DNA of 25,097 bases from Chiloscyllium plagiosum (Eukaryota): positions 91,998,892-92,023,988 of the forward strand of contig NC_057718.1 of assembly GCF_004010195.1 (NCBI RefSeq), read 5' to 3'. The position numbers and the translations under genes are program-made. The notes beneath the pieces are model-generated. The model saw nothing but the letters and a program-made list of their open reading frames with translations, searched no databases and was not told where the DNA came from. Below are positions 10,722 through 22,538 of the stretch, one piece after another. Every line of letters begins with the position of its first letter. Position 1 is the first letter of the stretch.

Positions 10722-10960
10722 AAGGATGCAGAGCTGGACTGAGAAATGGCAGATGGAGTTCAATCTGGATAAATGTGAAGTGATGCATTTTGGAAGGTCG
10801 AACTTGCGTGCTGAATATAGGATCAAATACAGGATTCTTGGCAGTGTGGAGGAACAGAGGGATCTTGGTGTTCAAGTGCATAGATCCCTTAAAGTTGCCA
10901 CCCAAATGGATAGGATTGTTAAAGAAGCATAAGGTGTTTTGGCTTTAATTAACGCGGGAT
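10722..10960 (+). mobile_element. 5'-truncated CR1, left part, interrupted by L1
   Basis: WTEKWQMEFNLDKCEVMHFG..EQRDLGVQVH..KEA*GVLALIN. Confidence 0.92.
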
Positions 10961-11127
10961 CAGGACTCGGAAAGATGGAGGCGATTCTGTAGAACTGCTG
11001 TGGATAGCTATGCCTAACAGCCAAGGCATTCTGGCATTTTCTGCCATCCCTGGCCAACTTATGTGGTGGAAATATTAGTTTAAAACCTTACAGAACACAT
11101 ATTTGTTAATATTTGGGAGTGGGAAGG

Positions 11128-11976
11128 ATGCCAAAGGGAAAAGGAGCAGGCAAATAGCAGCAGGGAGGACACTCCCCTACAACACCTACAACACCAGAGA
11201 CTGCAGCCAACAGCAGCCTCTCCTGAACCCCCCGGGGACCTGACAGACTCGCAGGAATTGGCTGCGGAAATGGAGAAACTTACTTTGAAAGTTACGGCTG
11301 CGATTGAGGAAATCCATGGGAAGATTCTTGCCCAGGTCCAACCTATCGCATCCATGCTGCAGAAGCATGAGCAGGAGATCAAAGGCCTCGGGGAGAGGGT
11401 AGAGTAGGTGGAGGGTCGAACTAAGGCCTCGGAAGCTGCGATGGAGTCCTCATCCAGTCAGATCCAGATGCTGGAGCGAGAGGTGTGGGCTTTGCGAAAC
11501 CATATTGACGACCTGGAGGATAAACCTCCGAATTGTCAGGCTCCCTGAAGGTGAGCAGCCAGTCAGCTTCTTTGAAAACTGGCTGCCGAAGTTTTTGGGC
11601 CTTCACATCGAGTCCAGAAGGCTTCAGATTGAAAGGGCATATCGGGTTACAGTGCACAGGTCAGGGCCGATGCCCGGTCCTAGTGCACTTCCACTCATAT
11701 AAAGACAAGCAAAAAGTCATAGAAGCTTCCAGATGCCTGGGAAAAGATCCGCAGACGCTGCTGTATAAGGGGTCAAAAATCATGTTTTTCCAGGATTTTT
11801 CAGCAGCTGTAATCCCAAAGAGGAAGTCCTTCGATGAAGTTAAAAAGAGGCTGAGGAACCTGGGCATCCAGTACTCCATGAGATACCCCGCAGTACTTCG
11901 TTTCAGCTACCAGGACTCAGTTTATACATTTGACTCGGCGAATAAGGCTAAAAACTTTGTGGACACTTTAAAATAG
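11128..11976 (+). pseudogene. L1 ORF1 (coiled coil, RRM, CTD), disrupted
   Basis: ATG at 11128 (MPKGKG); heptad-rich region; NLRIVRLPEG, IERAYRV, IMFFQDFS..KRKSF..YSMRYPAVLR. Confidence 0.92.
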
Positions 11977-12588
11977 ACGGATTGGCCTGAAGAATATGGT
12001 TAATGTTGTTCTCTTTTCTATTTTTCTCCATGTTTTCCCTTCCTTTTTTTTATTCCTTTCTTTCTCCCGAATAATTTCCTTTTTGGAAAGGGAGGGGAAA
12101 CTTTGGAATAAGTTGTTCCTTTTTTTTAATAACTGGATTTTCTGATGGGAAATTTTGTAGATGTTTTTTGCTGCGCCTCTCCCTTTTTTTTTGTTTGTTC
12201 TGCATCTCTTTTAGTCACAAGTTGGGTTGTCATGAAGCCAGGGATGGGTGGAGGGCTCATCCTGACTTTGTCTTTTTTTCTGTTGATTTAAGGATCATCT
12301 CTTTGTTTTTTTCTGGCCTAAGGCTGGGGCACAGTCCAGGTTTGGAGCTGTGAAGAATGGGATGGGTAGGGCGAGTGCCCCCTATGGGCAGGGAGAAGAG
12401 TCTTCCATTCAAGGTTCTATAGTTGGTTTTCTTTGTAGTTTTTTTGGTAGTAATAGTTGTTTCTAGTTATGATAGAGTAGTTTTTGTATATATAGCTTTT
12501 CAATTCTATGAGTCTTTACTTACTTATGCTCGGCACTTTGTAAGCAGGGTTCTCCCTCCGAGGGGTTCAAGGGTGTCTGAAAGGGGAT

Positions 12589-15500
12589 ATGGCTAAGTGT
12601 CTTATTAAATGGTGCACCTGGAACATTAAGGGAAGCAATTTGCCTATTAAAAGGAAAAAAAGTGCTTTCTCGCCTTAACAGGGAAAGGGTTGATATCGCT
12701 TTGTTGCGGGAAACCCATCTTGATGATGGGGAACACCTGAAATTACAACAGGGGAGTTACGACTGGGTATTCTTTTCATCCTTTACTACTAAAAGTAGGG
12801 GAGTGGCAGTATTTATCCAGAAAAACCTTCCGTTCATATTATTAGAGCAGGTGAAAGATGAGCAGGGATGGCTTGTGATACTTAAAGCCCTGATACATGA
12901 GGAGGAATATGGCATTTTAAATGTCTACTGTCCTCCGACGCATCCCCTCAAATTTTTGTTTAGTGCTTTCTGTTAGTTGAGTGCTTTTGGAACACGGCAC
13001 ATTATTATAGGGGGGGATTTTAATTGTCTTTTGGATCAGACAGTAGACAGGATGCCTTCTGGGCCCCCAACTATTGCTTCACAGGCCAAGCAGATGGTTG
13101 ACTTATGCGAGGAGTTGGGGGTTGGTGGATATTTGGAGAGTCTTCACCCTACCGGCAGGGTCTTTACCTTCTTTCTCAAACCCACATAAATGTCACACGA
13201 GGATTGACCTCTTTCTGGCTCCCTCGGCCCTTCTGGATTCAATTATGAGTTGTAAAATTGGGAATATAGCTATCTCTGATCACGCTGCAGCATATTTGGA
13301 TGTTAAGGCCAAAGGGCTAGGTTTGCGGCACTAGCGTTTGGACCCTTTTCTCCTTAAGGATTCAAAATTTGTGGAATACTTTTTGAACGAGTTTCAGGAA
13401 TTCTTGACTATCAACTCAGGCACGGCTCGTAGTCCATCCATACTATGGGAGACTGCTAAGGCCTTTGCTAGGGGATTAGCTATTTCCTATTCGGCTAGCT
13501 GGAAACGACAGAAGGAGGAACAACAGCGTCTATTTGAGACGTGGTTGAAAGCCGTGGAGGTAGCACATTTTGCGCGGCCTTCGGTGACTAAGCGGATCAC
13601 GGCCCTTCGGACAGCCTTGAATTCAATACTGACACAAAACGCAAAGAACGAACTTGCTTTTGCTAGACAGAGGCTGTTCGAATATGGGGATAGGCCAGGG
13701 AAGTATTTAGCGTACCTGACTAGGAAAAAGCGTGCTCCCCAATCCATTACTGCAATCAGAGACAGCGTCGGGGTCCTTACATACGATGCTAAAAAGATTA
13801 ATGAGGCTTTTTTGGAGCTTTTACTCCAAATTGTATCAGTCTGAAGGTTGCGAAGACAGGAGTGCTAAAATTGAGACCTTTTTTTAAGAACCTGGATCTC
13901 CCTGGGGTAACCTGAGAACAGGCCTCTCTCCTTAATGCCCCCTTGACAGTTCAGGAAATACAGGAGGCAGCTAGGCAACTTCAGAGTGGGAAAGCTCCTG
14001 GCCCTGATGTTCTTCCTGGTGAGTTTTATAAAGTGTTTATAGGGATTCTGTCAGGGCCGATGTTGGAGACGTACAATCACTCCTATATGCATGAATGCCT
14101 ACCGCCATCTTGGAGAGAAGCTAATATTTCCTTAATTCTTAAGAAGGGGAAGGTTCCTGAGGAACATACAGGCCCATCTCTCTAATAAATTCAGACTTCA
14201 AGATTCTGTCCAAGATCCTGGCGCTGAGATTAGAAAGGGTGTTGCCCCATATTATTAAAGAGGACCAGACAGGCTTTATAAAGGGCCCTAGGTCCTCTAA
14301 TAATATTAGAAGGTTGCTGAATGTGGTTCAAATTTGTCAGCAACGATCGATTCAGGGGTTGGTGATTTCCTTAGATGCAGAGAAAGCATTTGATCCGGTG
14401 GAATGGCCGTATCGTTTTTATGTCTTCGAACAGTTCGAGTTGGGTGGAGTCATTGCTAGGTGGGTGGAGGTTTTATAGCACCACCCTCTGGCAGCGGTCA
14501 TCGCCAACGAGGTGAAGTTTGTGAAATTTACGATTGGTAGGGGTAGTCGGCAAGGCTGCCCCCCTCACCGTTGTTGTTTACATTGGTGATAGAGCAGCTG
14601 GCAGAGGCCATTCGTCAGAACGTCCACATAACCACTCCAGAAGTGGGATCGAGGGCACACAAGATTACACTGTACGCAGATTATGTCCTTCTGTTTTTAT
14701 TGAACCCAACACCTCCGTACCCCATTTGATACAATGTATCAATTCATTTGGGGCTATTTCAGGATATAAGATCAACTTTGCAAAATCGGAGGCTGTGCCT
14801 TTGGGGAACCTTAAGGATGTGCCAGAAGTTGAAGGTGGCTCTAAGTTCCCTTTAAAGTGGTCACGGGCAGGGTTCCGATACCTAGGCATTTTTATTACCC
14901 CCAAGTTTGATCTGTTATTTCGGACTAACTTAGCTCACTTGCTTGACAATACTAGGCGAGATCTCCAGAGATGGGAGGCTCTTCCAATTTCATGGCTGAG
15001 CCGAATATCTCTCATTAAGTTGAATGTTCTTCCTCGTTTGCTTTATCCCATGTATATGCTCCCTGTAATGTTTCCCAAGTCAACGCTGCGGAAGCTTATG
15101 GGGTGGTTTGGTTCCTTTGTCTGGCATCGTGGGCGGCCCCTCATCAAACTTACTAAATTGCAGTTGCCTCAAGGACGGGGAGGAGTTGATTTCCCAGACA
15201 TCAGAAGGTATCAATTGAGTTCCCTGCTGTCCTTTGTCTGCGATTGGGTAGGTAACGATCCAAACTCAATGCGGCTGGATATTGAGGCCTCCCAAGCAAA
15301 GTGCCCTCTTATTAACCTATTGTTCATGGATGAGGACAGTTATGGACCACTGACGGAACCCCATTGTCATTAGTACAGTCAAGGCATGGAGGGCGACGCG
15401 TCAGAGTGAGGGTTGTTTATCCAAGACGTCGCCACTTATTCCTATAGTTGGCATGACAGGGCTGCGACCAGGGATGATTGACTCAGGGTTCAAACTATGA

Positions 15501-16374
15501 GCAGCGAGAGGAGTTTCTAGTTTGGGAGAATTGTTTGAGGGGGAGGTTATGATGTCTTTTGAGCAACTGAGCCGCAAATACGGGTTGTCCAACAGAGACC
15601 TTTTCCGTTTTTTTCAGGTTAGGGATTTCATCCAGAAGAAGACTATGCTTCTCACTAAGCCCTATAAGCCCGATACAGAGAGGTTGTTGCTACACCCCAC
15701 AAGCACCCTTTCAGTTAGTGCTCTCTATCGCCTGCTGGGTGGCAGGGCCTGGCAGGATATTAACCGGTTATGAGAGGTCTGGGAGCAAGAGTTGGGAGTG
15801 GAGATCTCTTCTGAAACATGGGAGAACATATGGGAGAATACTCGAAAGATCTCAATCTGTAACAGGACATGCGCTAAGCAGTTAAAGGTTCTGCGCAGGG
15901 TTCATCTGGCACCAGACCGTCTGGCGAAGTTTAAAAAAAGGGGAATCTTCAGTGTGCCCCAAATGTAAAATAAGTGTAGGTACTCTTACCCATTGCTTTT
16001 GGACATGCCACAGGCTTTGTGTTTATTGGAGCGCGTGGCGGGAGATAGGGAGGGTATTGAGAACTGAAGTCAAAGTAGTCCCGATATCTCTCCACTTATG
16101 TCTACCGAATTTACCATCTTTAGACGGACATGGGAAAAAACTTTTTAAATATTCTTGCATGCTGTGCATGGAAGAATATTCTGATGAATTGGGTGTCAGA
16201 GAACCCGCCGGGCTTGCTGGGATGGCAGAAATACATTATGGAGCACATTCCCTTGGACTTTTTTTTTAAACAAACATGGTGCACCACACAATTTTTATAA
16301 ATTGCTCCGTGGCAGCCCTACTGGAGTTATTTGGATATAGATTTCTCAGTTATCTTAACTAGGCGTTTGTTTAA
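12589..16374 (+). pseudogene. L1 ORF2 (endonuclease, RT, CCHC), disrupted
   Basis: TWNIKG, LLRETHL, GGDFN, RIDLFL, ISDH; KAPGPD, DQTGFI, SLDAEKAFD, RQGCP, YADY (from YADD), SGYKINFAKS; CPKC..HCFWTC; many frameshifts. Confidence 0.95.
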
Positions 16375-16598
16375 CCAGGATGATTTGATTCATCAAGCCC
16401 TGGGCCCTGGACAGGGTCTCCCGAGTTAATACGAGTATGTATACAATGCTCCCGTTCCTTTGTTTGGGAGCCTTGCGCTGAGCATAGTTGTTCTATATTT
16501 TGTGGGGTTTTTTGTGTTTTTTTTGCTTTTCTTTCTTTTTTTTTTGCTTTTCTTTCTTTTTTTTGGTGTTGCTTTGCACAGTGTTAGGGTTTTCTTTG

Positions 16599-16770
16599 AG
16601 AGAAAGTGAGGGCTGCAGATGCTGGAGATCAGAACTGAAAATGTGTTGCTGGAAAAGCACAGGTCAGGCAGCATCCAAAGAACAGGAGAAGGGCTTATGC
16701 CCGAAATGTCGATTCTCCTGTTCCTTGGATGCTGCCTGACCTGCTGTGCTTTTCCAGCAACACATTTTCA
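16599..16770. mobile_element. Foldback Penelope-derived insertion with a partial hammerhead, in the L1 3'UTR
   Basis: Inverted arms 16636-16690 and 16713-16770; loop GGGCTTATGCCCGAAATGTCGA; flanking direct repeat ACAGTGTTAGGGTTT(T/G)CTTTG at 16578-16598 and 16771-16791. Confidence 0.8.
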
Positions 16771-16951
16771 ACAGTGTTAGGGTTTGCTTTGTATTATAGA
16801 GTAGGTTAGTAGTTAGTAGATAACAGTTGTACTTTAATTTGTGTTTTTTTCTTTTTATTATACTGATATTTGTGATTGGTTGTTTTTTCAATAATTTGAC
16901 TTGTTTGTAAAGTTAAAAAAAATTGCTCATAAATATATTTACTAAAAAAAA

Positions 16952-17542
16952 GGACAAAGTTTAAGAGTCGCGAGGTTTTGCTACAGCTCTACAAGACCCT
17001 GGTGAGACCACATTTGGAATAGTGTGTCCAGTTCTGGTCGCCCTACTATAGGAAAGATACGGAGGCTTTAGAGAGAGTGCAAAGAAGGTTTATTAGGATG
17101 CTGCCTGGACTTCAGGGCTTGTCTTACGAAGAGAGGTTGACTAAGCTAGGACTTTTTTCTCTGGAGAGGAGGAGGAAGAGAGGTGACCTGATCAAGGTAT
17201 ACAAGGTAATAAGAGGCATAGATAGAGTCAATAGCCAGAGATCTTTCCCCAGGGCAGGATTGACTGGCACGAAAAGTCATAGTTTTAAGATATTAGGAGA
17301 AAAGTATAGAGGAGACGTCAGAGGTAGGTTCTTTATGCAGACAGCTGTGAATGCATTGCCTGCGATGGAGGTGAAAGCAGTGTCATTAGGGACACTTATG
17401 CGACTGCTGGACATGCACATGGGCAGCAGTGAATTGAGGGGTGCTTAGGTTAGGTTAGGTTATTTTACTTTAGATTAGGAATAATCCTTGGCACAACATC
17501 GTGGGCCGAAGAGTCTGTTCTGTACTGTATTTTTCTGTGTTC
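16952..17542 (+). mobile_element. CR1 right part, continuing 10722-10960 to the 3' tail
   Basis: [52 protein letters not shown]; tail GGGCCGAAGAGTCTGTTCTGTACTGT. Confidence 0.93.
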
Positions 17543-17899
17543 ACATGTTGAGGTTAACATCTAGAATGGACTTAAAGTAACTGGGGATGGAATCACATAG
17601 TAGCAATTGGGAGTTTGCATTGTAAAAAATCATTCCCCAATTCACCAATCACATTACAGCCATATGGTGCTGATCAAACACATGATAAGAGAACAACCTG
17701 TAAAGGGTTACCAACAATGGACCCAGTAAGTACCCTTGTTGAAATCTTTCCCCAAAGAGTATCTTTGGCAAGTTACAAAATATTGTTTGGGACGAAAGAG
17801 GAATTCGTCTTTCAATACATGAGAGCAGACAGAGCAGTGGTCCTTTCCAATTTAGGGTAAATGTTATTAATCAACCTGGACAGGCACGCAATGACACAC

Positions 17900-18382
17900 C
17901 TCAAATAGAAGTTGCTGTGAGTTTGAAAGGTGATAGCTACAGATTTTCACCAAAGATCCTAAGTGCATTTTATAGACAGTAGACACTGCTGTGGAGCGTC
18001 AGAGGTGGAGGAAGTGAATACTTGTGGATGTGGTGCTAATCATGCAGGTTTGTCTTGTCCTGGATGTTGTCAAGTTTCTTATGCGTTTTTGGACTTGCGC
18101 TCATCCAGTAAAATGGGGAGTATTCCATCACACTCCTGACTTCTACAGAGTAGATCATGCATTGGCTTTGGGGAGTCAGGAAGTGAGTTACTTGCCACAA
18201 TATTTCTAACCTCCAAGCTGCTCTTGTAACCATTGTAGTTAAATTGCAAATCCAGTTGAATTTCCAGTCAATGGTAACCCCCAGGATGTCGATAATAGGG
18301 GATTCAGTGATGGTAACACTATTGAATACCAAGGGACAGTGGTTAGATTCTCTCTTATTGGAGTTGATCATTGCCTGGCAAC
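17900..18382 (-). mobile_element. CR1-group family B LINE, ORF2 C-terminal fragment
   Basis: ILGVTIDWKFNW..LTPQSQCMIYSVEVRSVMEYSPFYWMSA..KKLDNIQDK is a post-RT region typical of CR1/L2-group LINEs. Confidence 0.8.
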
Positions 18383-18529
18383 GACTCAACAAAAAAAAAA
18401 AATGACCAGCCGAGTTATTGAAGGATATGCATGCTGGAATAGGGCCATTGCTGTCTAGGCAAATACAACACAGTATTGCAATACCAAAGAAACCTGTTAA
18501 ACATTTACTGCAAAAATATTACCTCATTA

Positions 18530-18884
18530 CATCATACAGTCAGAAATATACAGCACGAACACATCTCCTTTGGTCCAACTCATCAATGACGACCAGATAC
18601 CCTAAATAAATCTAGTCCCTTTTGCTAGCACTTGGCCTATATCCCACTGTACCGTTCCGACTCATATACCCACCCAGATGCCTTTTAAGTGTAATTGTAC
18701 CAGCTTCCACCACTTCCACTGGCAACTCATTCCACATACACACACACACACACACACACACATCACTCTCTGCGTGAGAAAGGTGCCCCTTAGGTCCCTT
18801 TTAAATCTTTCCCCTCTCACCTTAAACCTATGTCCTCTAGTTTTGGGCACCCAACCCCTGGGAAAAGACCTTGTCTTTTCACCT
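18530..18884 (-). mobile_element. CR1 3' end
   Basis: KTRGHRFKVRGERFKRDLRGTFLTQRV; 3'UTR similar to 480-628. Confidence 0.92.
18738..18762. repeat. (CA)n microsatellite inside CR1
   Basis: About 12 CA units. Confidence 0.95.
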
Positions 18885-18889
18885 TTGAA

Positions 18890-19171
18890 GTCATAAGAGG
18901 TATGGCTAGTAAGTTTGCAGATGACACCAAAATAGGTGGTGTATTGGACAGCAAAGAAAGCTACCTCAGAGTATAAAAGGATCTTGATCAGATGAGTCAG
19001 TGGGCTGAGAGGCAGATGGAGTTCTGATAAATGGCTGCATTTTGGTAAGGCAAATCAGGGCAGGACTTATACACTTTAATGGTAAGGTTCTGGGGCATGT
19101 TGCTGAACAAGGACCTTGGAGTGCAGATTCACAGTTCCTAAAGTAGAGTCTCAGGTAGACAGGTTATTGAA
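18890..19171 (+). mobile_element. CR1 RT segment, inverted relative to the adjoining CR1 3' end
   Basis: AGTAAGTTTGCAGATGACACCAAAAT (SKFADDTK) through VESQVDR; homologous to about 6315-6612. Confidence 0.9.
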
Positions 19172-19239
19172 AATTAGTGTGCCAAGATTGGTGTGTCCCA
19201 TACAAAGAAACCTACAACTTGCATGCACATTTCAACTGA

Positions 19240-20090
19240 AAAATTCATCTGCCAGATGGGGTATTATTAACCAAGTCTTTTACTGTAAGTATTTCGCTGT
19301 GTCAATGTTCAGCCTAACAAGTTCTATGACAGTCACAGTGGTCTTGCACGTGTAACTGAATTGCAATTCATTTGTCAATCTCAGGCACTTGATCCCAACA
19401 TTCCCTTGCCAAAAAGAGTAGACATCTTTTTATGTTGTCTGGTACAACAGAATCCATTCACTTTTTGAGCAAAGACTCTTGATCTCAAAGTATCCCCTGA
19501 ACCAAATGGGCTTTGGGGTCTGCATGATTGGAGAGTTGGTGGCTGACCAGTAAGATACAATGTCCTACTGATCTGAGGCAGCTCATAGAACCCATTTGCG
19601 AGGCAAATCAAGTTGGACATGTACTCATAATTGCTGTTTTGTGTTGTGTAATAGTCTGCAGTAAAACTGGAGTCTCTTCTCTGGGACACAAGTCTGGGGA
19701 TAATTTATGAAGGCCCTCAAATGCCTAAATCACTCTCTTGACCTCTGTAAAGTCCAAAGGAATATAAGGCACTGTGTTGGACATCAGCTGATTGCAGAAA
19801 TTGCTGTAAAGATGATATATTTGGGCATAAGTCTGCCTTGATACTCCACTCCACATTTTTGTCAGTGGTGATTATTCCTTTTAGTATTCACAAGGCACGC
19901 AAGTTATTTGCTGGGAGTTTGATTTGAGTACACGGGCTTGTCCACATGTTGGTGAGCCGACACACCCATCTGAGTGCCCAAAACTCCTCAGCTTCCTCTA
20001 AAGCTTTAGCAAGGGGGCTATGCGGGATCTAGTTCCCATGTGTCACGAGGTGGTGCAGCTGAGGACTTGCCAGAAAGGTTGTATACTAAA
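19240..20090 (-). mobile_element. Probable ancient Tx1/L1-clade ORF2 C-terminal remnant
   Basis: Frame-hopping translation gives AKALEEA..FW..WVCR, SNTVPY, QLDL..ELP..RTLY..G..PFG.G.T..FAQKV, KDV..W..N and CLRL..VQD, in the order I recall for Tx1 C-termini; very degraded. Confidence 0.45.
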
Positions 20091-21070
20091 ACACAGTTGG
20101 CTTTTTTTCTTGTTGCTGCTAAACAGCACTGTCATTTGAAAATGAGAACCAAACTAGCACATAGAAGCAGAAAGCACGCTAACTCTCTTTACAGACCTAT
20201 CAACCATATTATGAAAAGAACTCAAACAGAACAGATGTTTTCACAATGGAAGGTGATTATATGTTGAACACTTTAACATAACAAAATCCATTTATTGATG
20301 ACTGCAGACTTGAAAAACTGCCACTTTAGCAAAATTTGGCAAACAGTTCTTATCTTATCACTTCACATTTTCCTGTCCCAGTGGTTTAAAAGAAAGTGAC
20401 ATTTTTCAGCAAGTCCATTAGCTATATTTCATCCATCATTAATCTAATGGAAACTGTTCAAGCATTTCCTCTCCTTAAAAGGATAAGGGAACACAACAGT
20501 AAAATCTTTGTGTTTGTATTTTAAACAGCAGTTTATATTTGAAAGTACTTCCCTGTCAACCTCACCCTTATCTTGCTAAATATACAGGAACCTCATACAC
20601 TAAGTTCTCCTAGTTTTGTTTCAAGTTGTTCTGTATTTTAACCAGTGTGTGTATTTGGTACTAATTTACATACACTGCATTTAACAAGATAGGCATAAGG
20701 TGCATTCTCTATCACCACAAATTGATTTGGCTTCATAAAAATGTGAAGTATGCAATATAATATCTGTAAGTGAACTTGCATAACTTGCAGTTTCAAGTGA
20801 ATGGCAATGATCACTTTGAAAAACTCCTGGCAGTTGGGTTTCGTACCATAATAATTAAAACCAATCCAAAGTAAATATTAATGTTAATGCTACAAGAGGC
20901 ATCTGTTAGGTTAGGAAATAGGCAGTCTGCTCAACGCACTCACTCTCTCACACGTACTTCTATTTTAACTGGAGCCAGGAGTTTCACTTAACAATCATCT
21001 CATTAGTGTAAAATAGGTTAACACTTCGAAATGGGATTTCCAATAAATTGCAATGTAAAATCCTAACTTT

Positions 21071-21510
21071 AAAAAAATTCATTCAGGGAACGTTAGCAGG
21101 ACTGGTTGGGCCAGCATTTATTGCCCATCCCAAATTGCCCTTGAGGTGGCAGTGAGCTGCCTCTCAGATCCCTGCATTCCATTTGATGTAGATACATCCA
21201 CAATGTCATAAGGAGACAAGTTCTAAACTTTTGACCCAGAGAAAAAGGAGGAACAGTAACATATTTCTAAGTCGGATGGTGAGGAATTTGCTGGTGGTGA
21301 TTCCATGTATAACTGCGCTTGTCATTGTAAATGATAGTGGTGGGCTTAGAAAACGTACTCCAAGGAGCCTTGGTGAATTTCTCCACTGCAACTTGTAAAT
21401 GGTGCTACTATTCTGTCTGCTACTACTGGGGGTGAGGAAGTTAATGTTTATGGCTACGATGCCAACCAAGCATGCCGCTTTGTCCTCAACATTGTGTTAC
21501 TTGACTTTTC
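21071..21510 (-). mobile_element. CR1-group family B LINE, 3' end
   Basis: Minus-strand tail TCAAGGGCAATTTGGGATGGGCAATAAATGCTGGCCC; 21360-21500 resembles 17950-18070. Confidence 0.7.
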
Positions 21511-22400
21511 ACTTCATGTCAGGGCAAAATCTTTATATTCCTCCAAATGTCCAACGTCAACTCTTCCTCCACCATGCCCATGCACCTCCTTTACCCTCAC
21601 CACCCATCAAATCTCCCCACGCACCACAACTTACCATCACTTCTCCCCATCTCTCCCCAAATTGAATACATCCATTTCATAGACAATAACACTGATTCAC
21701 TTGCAACAATATTTCCAAAAGACAAAAGTAGATTCAGCGTATGTATCTATGTTAACATGAAAACAGTAATCAATAACTTCAATACAGGAAAGCCACTTCT
21801 TCCAAAAGCTCAAGCAGACATCTTAATAATAGTTTATTTTCCCCCACTCAATGATTTAGTTATGTTCAAATTTAGTTATCATTAGTTATGTTTAGTTATG
21901 TTTCAAGTTGTCAGACATGATCGGAGGTCAAAGGGTTACATTGCTAAAAAGTACTAATTATAACTTAAGAAATTGCAAGATGGTCAAAAACTGATGGAAT
22001 TCAAAACCTATTTCTACACTTCATTATCCCTTATGTAGGTGGCTGACCAGGTCACATCAACTATTTAGCTAAGACAATACCCTTCAGCTTTTATGCAAAC
22101 TTGTAAGGAGGAAGTGATAGTAAAAATGCTTTTTCTCTACAAGCCAAAGGCATTATTTTTAATTAAAAAAACACTAAAAAGTGACTGTTACTACTCAATA
22201 ATCAACTTCTATATCATATTATTAAAGTATGAACTCTAGCCCTATCACAGAATAAATGCAAATAAGATGGGAAGTAATATAATTTCTATTCTCTTTTTTT
22301 TTTAAATATAGTGACTTTCCAATTATTTATATTTTACCTGTTTGCAAAAATGATTTTTAAAAGGCAGTTAAACACTTAAGACTTTATACATACAGAGAGT

Positions 22401-22538
22401 TCACAAGGAAGCTTTGAGCAAGTGCCAAATTTGTTCAAATTTGTCAGCACCCTCAAAAGCAAGTAATAAACCTATATCTTCTAATCTCTGAAATTTGTCC
22501 TTGAACTGCATCATATCATTGCCAGGCAAGCTGCAATC
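22401..22538 (-). other. Candidate exon of an unidentified gene or pseudogene
   Basis: Acceptor TTCTCTGCAG, then 45 open codons DCSLPGNDMMQFKDKFQRLEDIGLLLAFEGADKFEQIWHLLKASL and TGA. Confidence 0.4.

Larger units (their letters stand above)
10961..16951 (+). mobile_element. Full-length L1 LINE (~6 kb), inactivated
   Basis: Short 5'UTR, ORF1, ~610-bp T-rich spacer, ORF2, T-rich 3'UTR, CATAAA and A8 tail at 16944-16951. The 5' boundary is uncertain by about 10 bp. Confidence 0.93.

Noticed and set aside
16636..16770. Pre-miRNA or classical MITE
   Set aside because: The arms are not terminal (left arm has ~37 extra bp), the TSD is long, and the loop is a hammerhead remnant, so a Penelope-type inversion fits better.
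21399..21885. Overlapping ORFs including a Pro/His-rich one
   Set aside because: They come from antisense LINE sequence and a C-rich low-complexity tract; no recognisable domain.
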